DNA of 50,816 nucleotides from Basidiobolus ranarum (Eukaryota): NCBI GenBank assembly GCA_040143965.1, contig JASJQH010006892.1, positions 1 to 50,816 of the forward strand, read 5' to 3'. Shown piece by piece: positions 49,390 to 50,816 of this stretch (position 1 is its first letter; each line of letters starts with the position of its first letter). The notes under the pieces were generated by a model. It saw only the letters and a program-made list of their open reading frames with translations, ran no database searches and was not told where the DNA came from. The position numbers and the translations under genes were made by a program.

Positions 49390-50816
49390 ATGCCTTCAAA
49401 AACCTTACCGAAAGCTGAAGACAAGGCCAAAATTAAGAATGCTTTGCCAGCTTCACAAAACGTAACGTCTGTTCCCCTCAATTTTCTTTTGGTACCCTTC
49501 TCATACAAACTATTATATAGAAAATCCTCACTGCCACTGTTGCAAAACTTTACATAGCTTATCCTGATCCAAATGCGTGGAATTACACTGGCATTATGGG
49601 TGCTTTAGCTTTTGTCAGCGATAAAACAGCTTCTGGTTCATATTTCTTTCGTATAGTAGATCTCAACGTAAGTTTTATCTTTGCGCCGATCTAGACAAGT
49701 TTGTACTTATCGTCACTGTTAATGGCTTCAGGGAAATAACGGTATACTTTGGGAGCAAGAGCTATACAAGGGATTTCAATACATCGAAGAGCGTCCTGTT
49801 TTCCATACATTTGCTTTAGAGGTAAGGAATTATTGATTGCAAGCTTTTGATTCCTATTTACTAATATTTTTATACTTTAGAATTGTTTAGCCGCTTTCGC
49901 TTTTGCTGACGAAGAAGAAGCTCGGACCTTTTACAAGAAGGTAGCAAGACGGGAAGAAGGCACTCAACTTCAAAGTACGCATTCTTCTAGACCATCACAT
50001 GAAGTAATTTATATTTATCTTATAATTTTACCATTGTAGAGTCTGCGACTTTACGTGAAAGTTCTTCCAAGCCCGCCAAATCTGGGTTGTTCTTTACTCA
50101 ATCTCGTGCTAGTGGAAAAAAAATTAGAGGCAAGTTGGATAAGTCTATGATTAGTGGTCCATCCGATTTTCGACATGTTGGTCATATTGGATTCGACCCT
50201 GAAACTGGCTTCAGTGTAAGTTCCATATAGCTATTTATTTGTACTCGTATTTGAACTTGTAACTAAAATTATCTTTTACAGACCGAGAATATTGATCCTG
50301 AATGGATGAAACTCTTCGACAAACTTGGTCAACTTGGTGTTAGCAAAGAACAACTTCAAGATAAAGAAACCCAGAAATTCATATACGAGTATGTTCAGGC
50401 TCGTGGAGGTCCCGATAATCCAGCAGATAATCACTCTAGTGGTACATCAAGTAATTATCAATCGATTGATTCTTGTAGCGTCTATTTTGATTCTAATACT
50501 TCTCATCTCCAGATAACCAAAAGAATATACCTCCACCTCCCCCAGTATCACGGAACCAAGCTCCACCACCACCACCCTCTCGTGGAGCCAAAGGCGCGCC
50601 ACCACCTCCGCCACCACCACCACCAGTTCCCGGTCAAGGGATTCCACCACCACCACCCGTTGTACCAAATATGTCACATTCCACATCAATGGGAGCCCCA
50701 CCACCCCCCCCCCACCCGCACCCCCCCCCCACGTCCTAAGCGGTCCACCAACCCCCCCCACCACCCACTAAAATACTGGGAATTACAAAATCCCCTAGCC
50801 CCAACCGGCGTTAGTA
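49390..50816 (+). CDS. WASP-family actin nucleation promoting factor (WH1 + CRIB + polyproline), 3'-partial
   Basis: MPSKTL..DKAKIK, VAKLYIAYPDP..W.YTG, ILWEQELY, FAFADEEEA, CRIB ISGPSDFRHVGHIG, then proline runs. The VCA domain is not reached. Confidence 0.9.

Noticed and set aside
50701-50816. Premature stop at 50737-50739 in the WASP polyproline region
   Set aside because: It follows long C homopolymers at the end of the window; most likely low-quality sequence, not a true truncation.

Overview
Gene-dense, AT-rich eukaryotic DNA with short GT-AG introns. The gene content (CRIB-containing WASP, YANK kinases, U12-type intron signals, AA11-like LPMO) points to an early-diverging fungus; Zoopagomycota/Basidiobolus-like is my inference, not a search result. 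About 28 protein genes are recognisable: two tandem YANK/STK32 kinases, RRN3, an F-BAR/SH3 protein, RPL13, a divergent IQGAP, an F-box/LRR protein, a CBM9-like secreted protein, a 7TM-RGS, mitochondrial bL36, an MCFD2-like protein, STM1, RPL16, RPL30, an SDR, a COG2907-like FAD oxidoreductase, ARP3, three tandem orphan paralogs, an NDUFA7-like subunit, an Ady2-type transporter, an LPMO, PRP9/SF3A3 and a partial WASP. No tRNA, rRNA, CRISPR array or transposon was recognised. The most unusual signals are non-coding. (1) A textbook U12-type (minor spliceosome) intron plus a 9-nt microexon in the RPL13 5'UTR. (2) A second U12-type 5'UTR intron candidate with a non-AG end directly before the PRP9 start codon. 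(3) A four-way-junction RNA overlapping a candidate poison exon in RRN3 intron 1. (4) A three-copy orphan family with an internal repeat and shared 3'UTR motifs. All exon boundaries were read by eye.
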